A stretch of DNA of 45,399 nucleotides from Silvanigrellaceae bacterium (GCA_049423385.1 JBMSQQ010000017.1:1-45399), one strand, 5' to 3'. Counted from the first letter of the stretch, positions 7,373 to 16,797 are shown. Translations and numbers: made by a program. Notes: generated by a model not told the origin, from the letters alone.

Positions 7373-10120
7373 ATGAAAAAATACCTGCGATACCTTCTTG
7401 GCATCGTGGCTGTTGTGACAATCGTCGGATGCGAAGCCTCTGGGCCTTCGTCGTCCGACGTTGTCATTGCTGTTACGCCTGTTCCGGGAAGCAACCCATC
7501 GATTGTTGACCCCAATGGTAATCCGACTGGCAGGGACGGCTCGGCCACCAACGAACCCGGACTTTCAACAAACACCGAGTGCAGTGAACTCAGGACTTCA
7601 TCGGTTCTGCCTCCATTGATTGAGAATGAAAATCCTGTTTCTCCGTCGTCGACATTCGAGGAGCTGCGTGCAGAAGTCGACGCATCTTGCGCTGGCTGCC
7701 ACCTTGCTCCGGCATCCAAAACAGGAGGTTTTTGGTACGTTTCTGCTCGCGACAGAGCCGAAGTTAGAGCCAATGGCCAGAAAGTTGTTGTCGGTGGTAT
7801 CGCAGATCAATCCGAGACGATTCTAAAAGCGTTGTCGGCCAATCGAATGCCGCCCGAAAATATGCGCAAAGCGGCTCCGCAAAAATATGCGAGGCTCCAG
7901 GCGCTGCTGGAAGATTGGATATCCGCTGGCAAGCCCGACGGAAAATTCACGGTTAGAGCTGGCGACAACTCATCAGGAAATGCGCAACGCAACAGGCAGT
8001 CCGACCTTGGGAGCTGCATTCCACGTGCAGATCAGTTGGGTGGAGATCCTGAACGAGATGAGTTCTTTCAGAATGCGACCAGTTTGCCCGAGAAGCTCTC
8101 CCAGACCGACCTTTTCACACTTGACAGTCTTGCACTCGCCCGCAAAGGAACCGTTTCCTACAACGTTGAATATCCGTTGTGGGCAGACAACGCCGAGAAG
8201 GGTCGCTATGTTCACTTCCCAGCGGTTTGGGATGAGCGCGAGCAGCGCCTGAGACCTTCTGGAGCCACGTATAATCCAGTCAGTGGTCAGCTCGACGTGC
8301 CAGCCAACACACGCTTCTACAAAACATTTTATAAAGCCGTGAAAAACAAGCTTGGCACAACTGTTTTCAGGAAGATCGAAACGCGCATCATCGTTGCGCG
8401 CAAAGCTCCACAGGAACCTTTGCATGGATCCTACAAATGGAACGACGATGAATCTGAAGCAATACTCGTGACCACACCCTATCGTGATGGCACACCCTGG
8501 AAAGACGATATTTTTAAGGTTGTCGTCGATGAGCAATCTGGAAAAACGCGAAGATATGTGATTCCAGGAAAGCAACGCTGCGTGGAATGTCACAAGGGTG
8601 GTCAGGATTTTGTGCTCGGATTCACACCATTGCAGTTGAATCGACGGCCTTTAGGGGTTGCAGGTCGGGATCGCGAGCCTGGAGCCGACGAACTCGGACA
8701 AATTCAGAGGTTTGTCGATGCCGGGATTCTCAGGAACGTTCAAAGCCTGAATGACTTGCCGGTGCTCGAAAAGGCAGGAACCCGCGAATCACGAAACGTT
8801 CACGAGACGCGTCTTCAGGGCTACATGGTGGGCAACTGCGCCCATTGCCATAATCCTGATGGGTTCGCCATGAAAGACAACAAAGTGGCCCTCGATTTGC
8901 GCGAGGGACAGCTCTTTGATTTTGATGTTCGTCGTATCACCCGTGATTCGAATCGCAGCAGTCCCAAGTATTTTGCCAAACCCGGGGATCCCCAGCAGAG
9001 TCAGATTTATCTGCGCGTTGCAGCATCTAAAATTGGCGATGGAGGGCGGTATCTGCCCATGCCCATGCACACGCCCGGAGACGCCAACTGCAAGCTTCTC
9101 AACCTCACTGCCAAGTGGATTTATTCATTGAGTCCGGATGCGGCATTGGCGGCCAAAGCTGAAAGTGAACCCGTTGCATGTGAACCCAACGATGATTTTC
9201 AATGGATTGATCTTGATCTGACTTGGCCAACATCGAAGGTTTTCGTTCCTCGTCGAGCCGACTGGAAAGACACTGTGAACGGAATGCCGCAAAGGTTTGT
9301 CGACTTGAAGTTGGATCCGCGGCTTGGAAGGCTGCTTCAGACCCCTGTTGCTGTTGACTTTTGGGATCGAGTTCCTGGCACGAATGGGAAACTTGAGCCC
9401 AAGTGCGACTTTCCGCCCAAGCAGCCGCCACGCAAAGCCGTTGCCTGGATGCTTGACGGCAACGGTTCGTTCAAACAACCCGCCGGAGAACTCTACAAGG
9501 TGACTCCGGGAGCACATTTCTACAACACCACCTGCGCCAAGTGTCATGGCAGTATCGGAGACGGGAAATCAGGTCTTTCAACAAATCTTCTGACGCTTTC
9601 AGGGGGAGCCATTCGAGTTGCCAATCTGAAAGACGGATTGTTTGCACCCGCAAATCAGAAGATTTTTGAAATTCAAGACAGGCGAGGGAAGGTGCGCAAC
9701 CTTGCCGGGCAATACATGATTTGGATGGCCATGGAGGGAACGCGTGTGACATTTCCTCCCGAAATGGAACCATTTGTTGGTCGGCATAAGGCACAGATGC
9801 TCAATCAGCTGCGGGAGCGTTGCAAAAACTTTATTGCCAGCTCACCTCAACGTGCGACCGAACGGATGAAAGACTATCTGGCATTCAAGGATATTTGCTT
9901 CTTCAACAATGGTCGTCCGACAGACAGGGAATTGCAGTTTGATCCTGAAACAGATCAACCACTCAACCCACCTGCGCTCGAGGCATGGGCAGACCGTGCA
10001 GCAATCAATGTTGGTTGGGCAATCAATGACTATCTGCAGAACGAAGGTGCTGCCGGCAAGTGGCAGCCTGCCAAAAACGAATGCGAGAAAGTTTTCCCTT
10101 TGAAAGGGAAAAACGATTGA
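7373..10120 (+). CDS. Large tetraheme c-type cytochrome lipoprotein with a central SO2930/HNE_0200-like diheme domain
   Basis: Lipobox IVG-C; CxxCH at 7688, 8579, 8837 and 9533; central YxVxxPLWADxAEK..FYKTFY..IETRI..YKWNDD..CVECH..LGF..LQLNR..NCAHCHNP pattern. Confidence 0.8.
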   Translation: MKKYLRYLLGIVAVVTIVGCEASGPSSSDVVIAVTPVPGSNPSIVDPNGNPTGRDGSATNEPGLSTNTECSELRTSSVLPPLIENENPVSPSSTFEELRAEVDASCAGCHLAPASKTGGFWYVSARDRAEVRANGQKVVVGGIADQSETILKALSANRMPPENMRKAAPQKYARLQALLEDWISAGKPDGKFTVRAGDNSSGNAQRNRQSDLGSCIPRADQLGGDPERDEFFQNATSLPEKLSQTDLFTLDSLALARKGTVSYNVEYPLWADNAEKGRYVHFPAVWDEREQRLRPSGATYNPVSGQLDVPANTRFYKTFYKAVKNKLGTTVFRKIETRIIVARKAPQEPLHGSYKWNDDESEAILVTTPYRDGTPWKDDIFKVVVDEQSGKTRRYVIPGKQRCVECHKGGQDFVLGFTPLQLNRRPLGVAGRDREPGADELGQIQRFVDAGILRNVQSLNDLPVLEKAGTRESRNVHETRLQGYMVGNCAHCHNPDGFAMKDNKVALDLREGQLFDFDVRRITRDSNRSSPKYFAKPGDPQQSQIYLRVAASKIGDGGRYLPMPMHTPGDANCKLLNLTAKWIYSLSPDAALAAKAESEPVACEPNDDFQWIDLDLTWPTSKVFVPRRADWKDTVNGMPQRFVDLKLDPRLGRLLQTPVAVDFWDRVPGTNGKLEPKCDFPPKQPPRKAVAWMLDGNGSFKQPAGELYKVTPGAHFYNTTCAKCHGSIGDGKSGLSTNLLTLSGGAIRVANLKDGLFAPANQKIFEIQDRRGKVRNLAGQYMIWMAMEGTRVTFPPEMEPFVGRHKAQMLNQLRERCKNFIASSPQRATERMKDYLAFKDICFFNNGRPTDRELQFDPETDQPLNPPALEAWADRAAINVGWAINDYLQNEGAAGKWQPAKNECEKVFPLKGKND

Positions 10121-10145
10121 ATCCGGGGCTCGCGGGCCCCGGATT
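10120..10145. terminator. GC-rich hairpin between convergent genes (possible bidirectional terminator)
   Basis: aatccggggc-tcgcgg-gccccggatt, perfect 10-bp stem. Confidence 0.6.
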
Positions 10146-10151
10146 CCGGGG

Positions 10152-10715
10152 TTACTTGGGGAGCAAGTGACAAGCAATCATGACTTCAGTCAGGTTGAGG
10201 TCCATTGTGGTGTCTTTGTATGCCAAATAGCCGTGCAGATACTTTCCGCCTTCGCCGTCGTTCTTGACTTCAAAGTCGAGGTCATAAATCTTGCGAGCTT
10301 TCCCGTTCATTTCTGCGGTGACTTCAATTTCAAATTTCTTTCCCTCGAAGTCGGTTTCCAGCCCGAGCATTTTTGTTTTCAGGTCTTTCGAGAAGATTTC
10401 ATACTTTTTGAGGTCCGGAGTCAGGTCATTGAGAACGTTGGCAGGGTTGTTCTTGTCTCCGTATGCAGCAATAGTCAGCGTTTCCAGATTTCCATCTTTG
10501 AAGGAAGCACTGGTGCGAATCAAATTCAATTTGGAATCCATACCCGAACAGCTCAGTGTTCCATCCTTCTTCAATTCTCCGACTCGTTCCGAAAGCTTCC
10601 AAACGGCGCGTTCTTCGTCCTGGCCTTTGTTTTTGCTGTCGATCGTCGACTGTTGGGGATGACAAGCAAGAGCCAACACAGGAAAAAGTGCCAGTGCGAT
10701 TTTTGCTTTTGTCAT
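10152..10715 (-). CDS. Hypothetical lipoprotein (187 aa)
   Basis: ATG 10715 with GAGGAG RBS; MTKAKIALALFPVLALA-C lipobox. Confidence 0.8.
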   Translation of the reverse strand: MTKAKIALALFPVLALACHPQQSTIDSKNKGQDEERAVWKLSERVGELKKDGTLSCSGMDSKLNLIRTSASFKDGNLETLTIAAYGDKNNPANVLNDLTPDLKKYEIFSKDLKTKMLGLETDFEGKKFEIEVTAEMNGKARKIYDLDFEVKNDGEGGKYLHGYLAYKDTTMDLNLTEVMIACHLLPK

Positions 10716-10818
10716 CTCGAGAGTCTCCTCTAAATTTGGTTGATGGCTAAACCTTGTACAAAAAAAATCCCAATCAATTCGGTAAGGAATGCTGTAAAGG
10801 CATTTCTGCATTATTGAA

Positions 10819-10835
10819 TGCAAACAGTGTGCCAA
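10819..10835 (-). promoter_or_regulatory. sigma54 (RpoN) -24/-12 promoter
   Basis: TTGGCACACTGTTTGCA, exact GG-N10-GC spacing, about 100 nt upstream of the 10715 start. Confidence 0.75.
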
Positions 10836-10996
10836 AGTCGAGGTTGTCACCAAATGACGCCGGTGAAGCTCATGCTTTCAGGTCGAATCACAAACATGCC
10901 GCCGTTTTTTGCCCATTCGGTTTTACGTCGGATGAGAGCGGTGGGTGATTTGGCTGAACGTTGACTTGTGAATGCCGTGTGACGAAGTTGGGGTCT

Positions 10997-11040
10997 ATGA
11001 AACAAAATTGTAACAAACCTCGATTTCATCCACGGATGAA
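10997..11040 (+). promoter_or_regulatory. Pho-box-like repeat plus palindromic operator upstream of acr3
   Basis: ATGAAAC-aaaa-TTGTAAC (10997-11014); perfect palindrome TTCATCC-ac-GGATGAA (11025-11040). Confidence 0.45.
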
Positions 11041-11090
11041 TGTGCTAATTGGTGCCATATCCGCAAATCTGGCTTCTATTGGTGAACGCA

Positions 11091-12131
11091 ATGAATCAGC
11101 TTTCATTTTTGGACCGTTACCTTACCTTCTGGATTTTCCTTGCGATGGCGTTGGGCGTAGCGTTGGGGAATGTCCTGCCAGAAATTCCATCAACGCTTAA
11201 TAATTTGAGTTCGGGAACGGTCTCTTGGCCGCTGGCTGTGGGCCTGATTCTGATGATGTATCCGCCCCTCGCCAAGGTGAAGTATGAAGAACTTCCATCG
11301 GTCTTTTTGGATTTGAAGGTCCTTGGATTGTCGCTTCTCCAAAACTGGGTCGTTGGTCCGCTGCTGATGTTCGCGCTGGCAGCTGTATTTCTTGCCGACA
11401 AACCCGAGTACATGACGGGTCTTGTGGTTATCGGGCTGGCCCGTTGTATTGCAATGGTGATTGTCTGGAATGACTTGGCAAAAGGAAACCGCGAGTATTG
11501 CGCAGGACTTGTTGCTTTCAATTCGATTTTTCAGGTGCTCTTTTTTCCTTTCTACGCATGGTTGTTTGTGACCTGGCTGCCCAACAAGTTTGGTTTGCAC
11601 AGCATGGCCATTGAAATATCAATCGTCGAAACGGCAAAAGCAGTGGGTCTTTATTTGGGTGTTCCATTTGTTGCTGGATTTCTTTCGAGAATGATTTTGA
11701 TGAAAGCAAAAGGAACTGCCTGGTACGAGCAAAAGTTTATACCACGCATCAGTCCAATCACTCTTGTTGCCTTGCTTCTGACGATCGTCATGATGTTTTC
11801 CCTGAAGGGTGAACTCATGCTGCAGATTCCCTGGGATGTTGTGCACATAGCGATTCCTTTGACCTTGTATTTTGTATTGATGTTTTTGGCGTCGTACTTC
11901 CTGAGCCGCAAGGTGGGAGCCGATCATGCCCGTAGCACAACTCTCTCGTTGACCGCGGCATCCAACAACTTCGAATTGGCAATCGCGGTTGCGATTGCAA
12001 CCTTTGGTTTGAGTTCCGGACAAGCCTTTGCGGCGGTGATTGGGCCCCTGATTGAGGTGCCGGTACTGTTGATTCTTGTGAAAGTTGCACTGCGTTGGGG
12101 TCGCTCCACGGAAGTTCCCGCAACAGAGTGA
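11091..12131 (+). CDS. acr3: Arsenite efflux transporter, ACR3 family
   Basis: [62 protein letters not shown]. Confidence 0.95.
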   Translation: MNQLSFLDRYLTFWIFLAMALGVALGNVLPEIPSTLNNLSSGTVSWPLAVGLILMMYPPLAKVKYEELPSVFLDLKVLGLSLLQNWVVGPLLMFALAAVFLADKPEYMTGLVVIGLARCIAMVIVWNDLAKGNREYCAGLVAFNSIFQVLFFPFYAWLFVTWLPNKFGLHSMAIEISIVETAKAVGLYLGVPFVAGFLSRMILMKAKGTAWYEQKFIPRISPITLVALLLTIVMMFSLKGELMLQIPWDVVHIAIPLTLYFVLMFLASYFLSRKVGADHARSTTLSLTAASNNFELAIAVAIATFGLSSGQAFAAVIGPLIEVPVLLILVKVALRWGRSTEVPATE

Positions 12132-12147
12132 ATTGAGGAGTCTTGCA

Positions 12148-12570
12148 ATGAAAATCGTTTTTCTTTGCGTTGCAAATTCGGCCCGAAGCCAGATGGCAGA
12201 GGGCCTTGCAAGGTCGCTGGCACGACCTTCTGTGGAGGTGTTGAGCGCAGGTTCACAACCCTCTATCGTCAATCCTTTTGCAATTCAGGCAATGTCCGAG
12301 ATTGGGATAGACATATCGAAACATTTTTCGAAAAGTGTTTCAGAAATTGAGTTTGATGATGTTGACGTTGTGATCACACTTTGCGCAGACGAAGTGTGTC
12401 CCGTCTTTGTTGGTTCCGCCCGACGGCTTCACTGGCCATTTCGTGATCCGGCATCCCTTGGGGAAAGCGATTTTGGCCGTCTTGCTGCGTTCCGTGAAGT
12501 GCGCGACGAGATTGCTCAAAAGTTGCGTCATTGGCTGAAAGACGAACAGGCGCTTGCATCGGAGCAATGA
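12148..12570 (+). CDS. arsC: Arsenate reductase, thioredoxin-type (LMW-PTP fold)
   Basis: [15 protein letters not shown]-loop, [11 protein letters not shown] resolving cysteines, [17 protein letters not shown]; directly follows acr3. Confidence 0.92.
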   Translation: MKIVFLCVANSARSQMAEGLARSLARPSVEVLSAGSQPSIVNPFAIQAMSEIGIDISKHFSKSVSEIEFDDVDVVITLCADEVCPVFVGSARRLHWPFRDPASLGESDFGRLAAFREVRDEIAQKLRHWLKDEQALASEQ

Positions 12571-12676
12571 CAACTGAAGAACGATGAACAATCCTGGCAT
12601 CTATTCGTGAAATTCAATAAAATCTCAATAATTTTGTGGATGTATTGGTCTGTTCTGAATTTTTAAAAGTCTTTCT

Positions 12677-12704
12677 TCAAGTCCGGATCTCCCGTTGCCG
12701 ACAC
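12677..12704 (+). promoter_or_regulatory. Possible sigma28-type promoter
   Basis: TCAAG-N15-GCCGACAC about 20 nt upstream of ATG 12724; spacing is one base longer than ideal. Confidence 0.4.
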
Positions 12705-12723
12705 GTTCCGCAGCGGGGGCGCA

Positions 12724-14223
12724 ATGAGGCAAATTGTATGGTTTTCATCTGTGGCACTATTTCTGGCCGGTTGCGCTGCAAGTACGGCCAGAACGCCGGC
12801 TGGCTGTAAATCAAGTTTGGCTTCCGATTCTGCGTCTTCGAAAAGCAATCTTACGTTCGGAGAAGCACAACTGAACCTCGACTCCTCCGTGACTGGAATG
12901 CAGGTACTTCGGGGCTGGATGGATCTGACCTGGGACGCGGATGGTGTGCGGAAACAAAAACGCTGTGCCATGAGTCTAGTCCCTGAAGTCACCGAGGGAA
13001 TGCAGATCAAGATCGCCACTGCAAACCATTGTCTGCCGGAAGTTCCTGAAAGTTCCGGCTCGATTGTGGAATCGAAAGTCCATGTTTACTTTCGTGATGG
13101 CTACATCCCCATTCTAATCAACATCCATAATCTGGATAAATTTTTGAAAATGGGACAGTTGATCAACAAGAATCTGGTTCCCTTGATTCCGGGTGCGCAG
13201 CTTGGGAGCTGGCTTCCGGATTATGCCACGAGCAGCTGCACAAATTGGACGAACACTTTCCGGCAAGGCAGCGCGCAGGACACCAAGACAGCGTGTTTTT
13301 CGAGGACCGATCTTCGCATCATCGATGCGAACGTAATTGAGACCGGGGCGAAGCACCTTGAGCTTTACAAGGCCGCGTTGACGGAGTTGAACAGAATCAA
13401 GGGCGCCGCTTTGGAAGATTTGCCACCCGAATTGAGTCGAGGCATACAACTCCTGTGGCGTGCTACTAACATGGACGACGTACGCAGAAGAAACTTGCGG
13501 GCGATGGCCTACCTTTCAAACGTCCAATATTGTGCGGCAGCATCAATCCCGCCTCTGGAGAATATTGCCGAAGAGAACCAGGTCTTCTTCGTCTTGGATG
13601 GCAAAAAAATGTTTTGCACCTTGAGCCCGACAGAACGGGATTTGTTTTTCAAACTGTCTTCAACAGAAGCCGAATATTCCCGGTTGAAGGTCATCCAGAA
13701 TGACCAGACGACTCCGCTGACAGAGCTGCGGAACAGAAACATGGGTTGCGAAGCTCCATCAAACGGGTTTGCGGAAGAGATGACTTCTTGTCAATTGATA
13801 TCTCCTACGCGCGGCTTTTTCACCAAGTGGGTCCGCGACGGATTGGCCAACTTCCAGCTGCTCAGCGCGACCGAGAAAAAGGGCCTCACCGCGGATGATT
13901 ATTTCAATGTGGTTGCGCCTTCACACAACAGCGCATCAGACGTGGGTGTTCATTTCTTTCGGCTGGCGTCCAACACAGAGAGGGTTGCTCCCGCAGATGG
14001 ATACTTGACTGCTTTTCTTTTCGACTATCTGCCTGCGAAAAATTATTTTCAGTTCCAAAAGGGCGACAGCGGCTCGGTGCTGAACATTTTCTCAGGCTAT
14101 CCTGTGGCGGTCTTGTCGACCGTCGATGGCGAACCTACATCGGGTGGAGCAACAATCACACCTTTGCCTGAGCCCGCTGAAGAAGCTCCAACCACATCGG
14201 GTGCTAGCCCCGCTTGTCGCTGA
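12724..14223 (+). CDS. Lipoprotein with split trypsin-like (S1) serine protease motifs
   Basis: Lipobox LAG-C; IATANHC (His motif) and KGDSGS (Ser motif) separated by about 340 aa. Confidence 0.65.
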   Translation: MRQIVWFSSVALFLAGCAASTARTPAGCKSSLASDSASSKSNLTFGEAQLNLDSSVTGMQVLRGWMDLTWDADGVRKQKRCAMSLVPEVTEGMQIKIATANHCLPEVPESSGSIVESKVHVYFRDGYIPILINIHNLDKFLKMGQLINKNLVPLIPGAQLGSWLPDYATSSCTNWTNTFRQGSAQDTKTACFSRTDLRIIDANVIETGAKHLELYKAALTELNRIKGAALEDLPPELSRGIQLLWRATNMDDVRRRNLRAMAYLSNVQYCAAASIPPLENIAEENQVFFVLDGKKMFCTLSPTERDLFFKLSSTEAEYSRLKVIQNDQTTPLTELRNRNMGCEAPSNGFAEEMTSCQLISPTRGFFTKWVRDGLANFQLLSATEKKGLTADDYFNVVAPSHNSASDVGVHFFRLASNTERVAPADGYLTAFLFDYLPAKNYFQFQKGDSGSVLNIFSGYPVAVLSTVDGEPTSGGATITPLPEPAEEAPTTSGASPACR

Positions 14224-14247
14224 AAGTCGCAAATCGCGGTTGTCGTC

Positions 14248-15630
14248 TCACTCGCCCTTGCCAACATTTTTTGCTGCTTCCTCATCTATGTTGAGAGGTG
14301 CGAGCATAAATGCTCCAACCACAAAAAACGCAACCACGAGCAGGAGTGCTGTCTGACGGCTCGTTGCATCCGACAGAAAACCGAATCCAACGCCGAGCAG
14401 AGTTCCCAGACGCGAGAAGAATCCCCAGAATCCAAACATTTCTGCGCTGTGGTTGGCGGGCGCGAGCATCCCCACAACCGCACGGCTTGAACTTTGCGTG
14501 GCACCGATTCCAGAGCCGGCGATGAGCGAAATTCCGAAGAAAAGTGCCTTGCGGTCCACGGATGTTGCAGCACTGATGTTGTCGATGAAATAAATCGCAA
14601 GGATTCCGCAAATCCACCAGACGAGTGTGGCCAATACGGTCTTTTTGGCTCCGAGTTTCGATTCCAGATAGCCGAAACCCACCGCTCCGGCAGCAGCGCT
14701 GAGTTGGAGGATCAGAAACATTTTGGTGATGTCGGCCATCTCGAAATTGAGTTCCTTGCGGGCATAGATTCCAACGAATTTTACAACCGCGTCGAGGCCC
14801 GCCATATAGACCATGAACGCCATCAGGAATCGGAAAAGGGTTTTGTGCTCGCGAGCCGTCTGGACGGTATGCTTGAAGCGTCCCACGCCTGCTTTCAGGA
14901 GGTCAATTGGGGATGCAGACTCGAAGCCCTTTGCTGGCGGGGTTCTGTTTTTGACAAAAAGAAGTGTTGGCAGTGCCGCAACAAGGAAAAACAAACCGGT
15001 GGCAACCATGGCGGTTTGGTGGCGCGAAATAATGGTGGCACCTTCTGCTCCCGTTGTGTCACCAAGAATAAACATGACAAGAGCAAGGCTCGCGAGGCCG
15101 CCAAAATACCCCAATCCCCAGCCGATCCCGGAAACGAGTCCCATGTTTTCCTTGGTTGCGATGTCGGTGAGAAAACTTCCGCAAAAAGTTTCACTCAACA
15201 TGAACGCGGCGTTGCTGATGGTGATAAGAAAAATGGCGGGCCAGATGTCGCCTTGCCCGACAAAAAACAGTCCGGCAGTTGCAATAGAGCAAATCACGGT
15301 GGAGTAGGCCAAATATTTCTTTTTCTTGCCGCTCAAATCGCAGATGGCACCTGCCAAGGGAGAGAGCAGCAACGCAAGAATTGTGGAACTGGCAATCGCA
15401 TACGACCAATAGCTGTCGCGCGATGTTGATTCCGCAGGTACAATGTATTCGACAAAAAATGCCGAAAACACGGCGGTGATGATCACAGTGGTGTAGCTCG
15501 AGTTTGCAAAATCAAACATCGCCCAGGAAAAGATTTCGCCTTTTCCCGCCGCGCCGGCTTTCTCCCGCGCTTCTTGGCCTTGCAATGCCTGTTCCTGATT
15601 TCTCCAATGCCGGGAGTTTCCATTGAACAT
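14248..15630 (-). CDS. MFS transporter, UMF1/ATG22 family
   Basis: SWAMFDFANSSYTTVI, SPLAGAICD, SGIGWGLGYFGG, GATQSSSRA, EMFGFWG; about 12 TM segments; start taken as ATG 15630. Confidence 0.9.
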   Translation of the reverse strand: MFNGNSRHWRNQEQALQGQEAREKAGAAGKGEIFSWAMFDFANSSYTTVIITAVFSAFFVEYIVPAESTSRDSYWSYAIASSTILALLLSPLAGAICDLSGKKKKYLAYSTVICSIATAGLFFVGQGDIWPAIFLITISNAAFMLSETFCGSFLTDIATKENMGLVSGIGWGLGYFGGLASLALVMFILGDTTGAEGATIISRHQTAMVATGLFFLVAALPTLLFVKNRTPPAKGFESASPIDLLKAGVGRFKHTVQTAREHKTLFRFLMAFMVYMAGLDAVVKFVGIYARKELNFEMADITKMFLILQLSAAAGAVGFGYLESKLGAKKTVLATLVWWICGILAIYFIDNISAATSVDRKALFFGISLIAGSGIGATQSSSRAVVGMLAPANHSAEMFGFWGFFSRLGTLLGVGFGFLSDATSRQTALLLVVAFFVVGAFMLAPLNIDEEAAKNVGKGE

Positions 15631-15773
15631 CTTGATTGTCCTTTGCTGCAGTAACGATCTTGTTCCACGTCCGAAGTGAAGACAGAATATCATTTCCTGG
15701 ATGTTGTTGATTTCAAGAGTGCAGATTCTTTGGCGAATTCTATTGACATCAAAAACCGTGGAGGTGGTAAACA

Positions 15774-15800
15774 TAAAATTTTTCCAGGAAATTCCGATGA
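15774..15800 (+). promoter_or_regulatory. sigma28 (FliA)-type promoter
   Basis: TAAA-N15-TCCGATGA upstream of the 15843 lipoprotein gene. Confidence 0.65.
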
Positions 15801-15842
15801 GTTCGAAACGTGCATACGATAGAAGGCAAGGTTATGATCTCA

Positions 15843-16766
15843 ATGAAAAAAGTCATCTCAAGGCTTGATTGTTTGTCGTCACTCTCAGGAATGTTGGTCG
15901 TCCTTTGCGTTTCAGGATGCAAGAAGGGGGACAACGCATCGGAATCGCAATCCACTGCAAACTCGAATGCTCAATTCAGCATCCTCGGAACCTGGCAAGA
16001 CCAGGATCAACTCCTTCTGGTGGACACAGACAACCAAACTCTCGATCCTGTTGTTGGTTTCAACTTGAATGTGAATCAGGAAGTCGAAAAAGCTTCTGCT
16101 GCGAAGCAGCTGAAGATAGGCTCATGGATGATCCTGCGGGTGAAGCGGGTTTTTTCGCAAAACAGCTACACACTGGATGCGAACTGCTCCACAATGAATG
16201 GTGAAAAGACCAATGTGTCGGTATCGGCTCCTTGGACTCTCAATGAAAAAGCATCCAGTTTCGATTTGCCAGGCGATGAGAAAAGTCATTATGCGAAGCT
16301 CGGCGATTTCGACTGCGTTGCTTCAATTTCTGGGCACACGTCCAGAAAGTACGCGGTCTCTGCAGATGGCAAACAGCTGACCCTTATTTTGGGCAGTGCC
16401 CCAGAAGACAGAATTCCGTTGATGCGAATCGCGTATGCTCAAAATCCGGTCGGTGGTGTCAATACACCTCCTCCCTCCGCAGTTGGAACTGCGTCGCCTG
16501 GAACGAGCGCGAGTGTGACCTTGAAGCCATCACAAGAAACGTATCTCAAGAAAAATCCCGGAACGAGCGTGACCGGCAGTACCGGTTTGAGGGAGGGAGT
16601 GGACTATTGCAAGATTGTGGGTGAGTTCAAAGTCAGCTGTGTCCGCAGTTCTTCGGCAAATGAATTCTATGTGTCTGGCGCGACAGCGTGCGCCGGAATC
16701 GTGTCTGGTTATCTCTTCAAGCCACACTTTCCCAACCCAGGGGCATTGTCTGTATCGTGTCCATGA
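15843..16766 (+). CDS. Hypothetical two-domain lipoprotein
   Basis: Lipobox VSG-C; beta-rich N-terminal domain, Pro/Ser/Thr linker, Cys-containing C-terminal domain (ETYLKK..YC..C..C..GYLFKPHF). Confidence 0.8.
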   Translation: MKKVISRLDCLSSLSGMLVVLCVSGCKKGDNASESQSTANSNAQFSILGTWQDQDQLLLVDTDNQTLDPVVGFNLNVNQEVEKASAAKQLKIGSWMILRVKRVFSQNSYTLDANCSTMNGEKTNVSVSAPWTLNEKASSFDLPGDEKSHYAKLGDFDCVASISGHTSRKYAVSADGKQLTLILGSAPEDRIPLMRIAYAQNPVGGVNTPPPSAVGTASPGTSASVTLKPSQETYLKKNPGTSVTGSTGLREGVDYCKIVGEFKVSCVRSSSANEFYVSGATACAGIVSGYLFKPHFPNPGALSVSCP

Positions 16767-16797
16767 CCCGAATCGGTGCAGCTGAACCAAAGATTTT

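Noticed and set aside
14494..15429. Long antisense or alternate-frame ORFs (also 18050..18847, 20877..21569, 27075..27788, 31790..32725, 34377..35294, 44213..45088)
   Set aside because: They lie largely or wholly opposite well-supported genes and have no motifs; typical shadow ORFs
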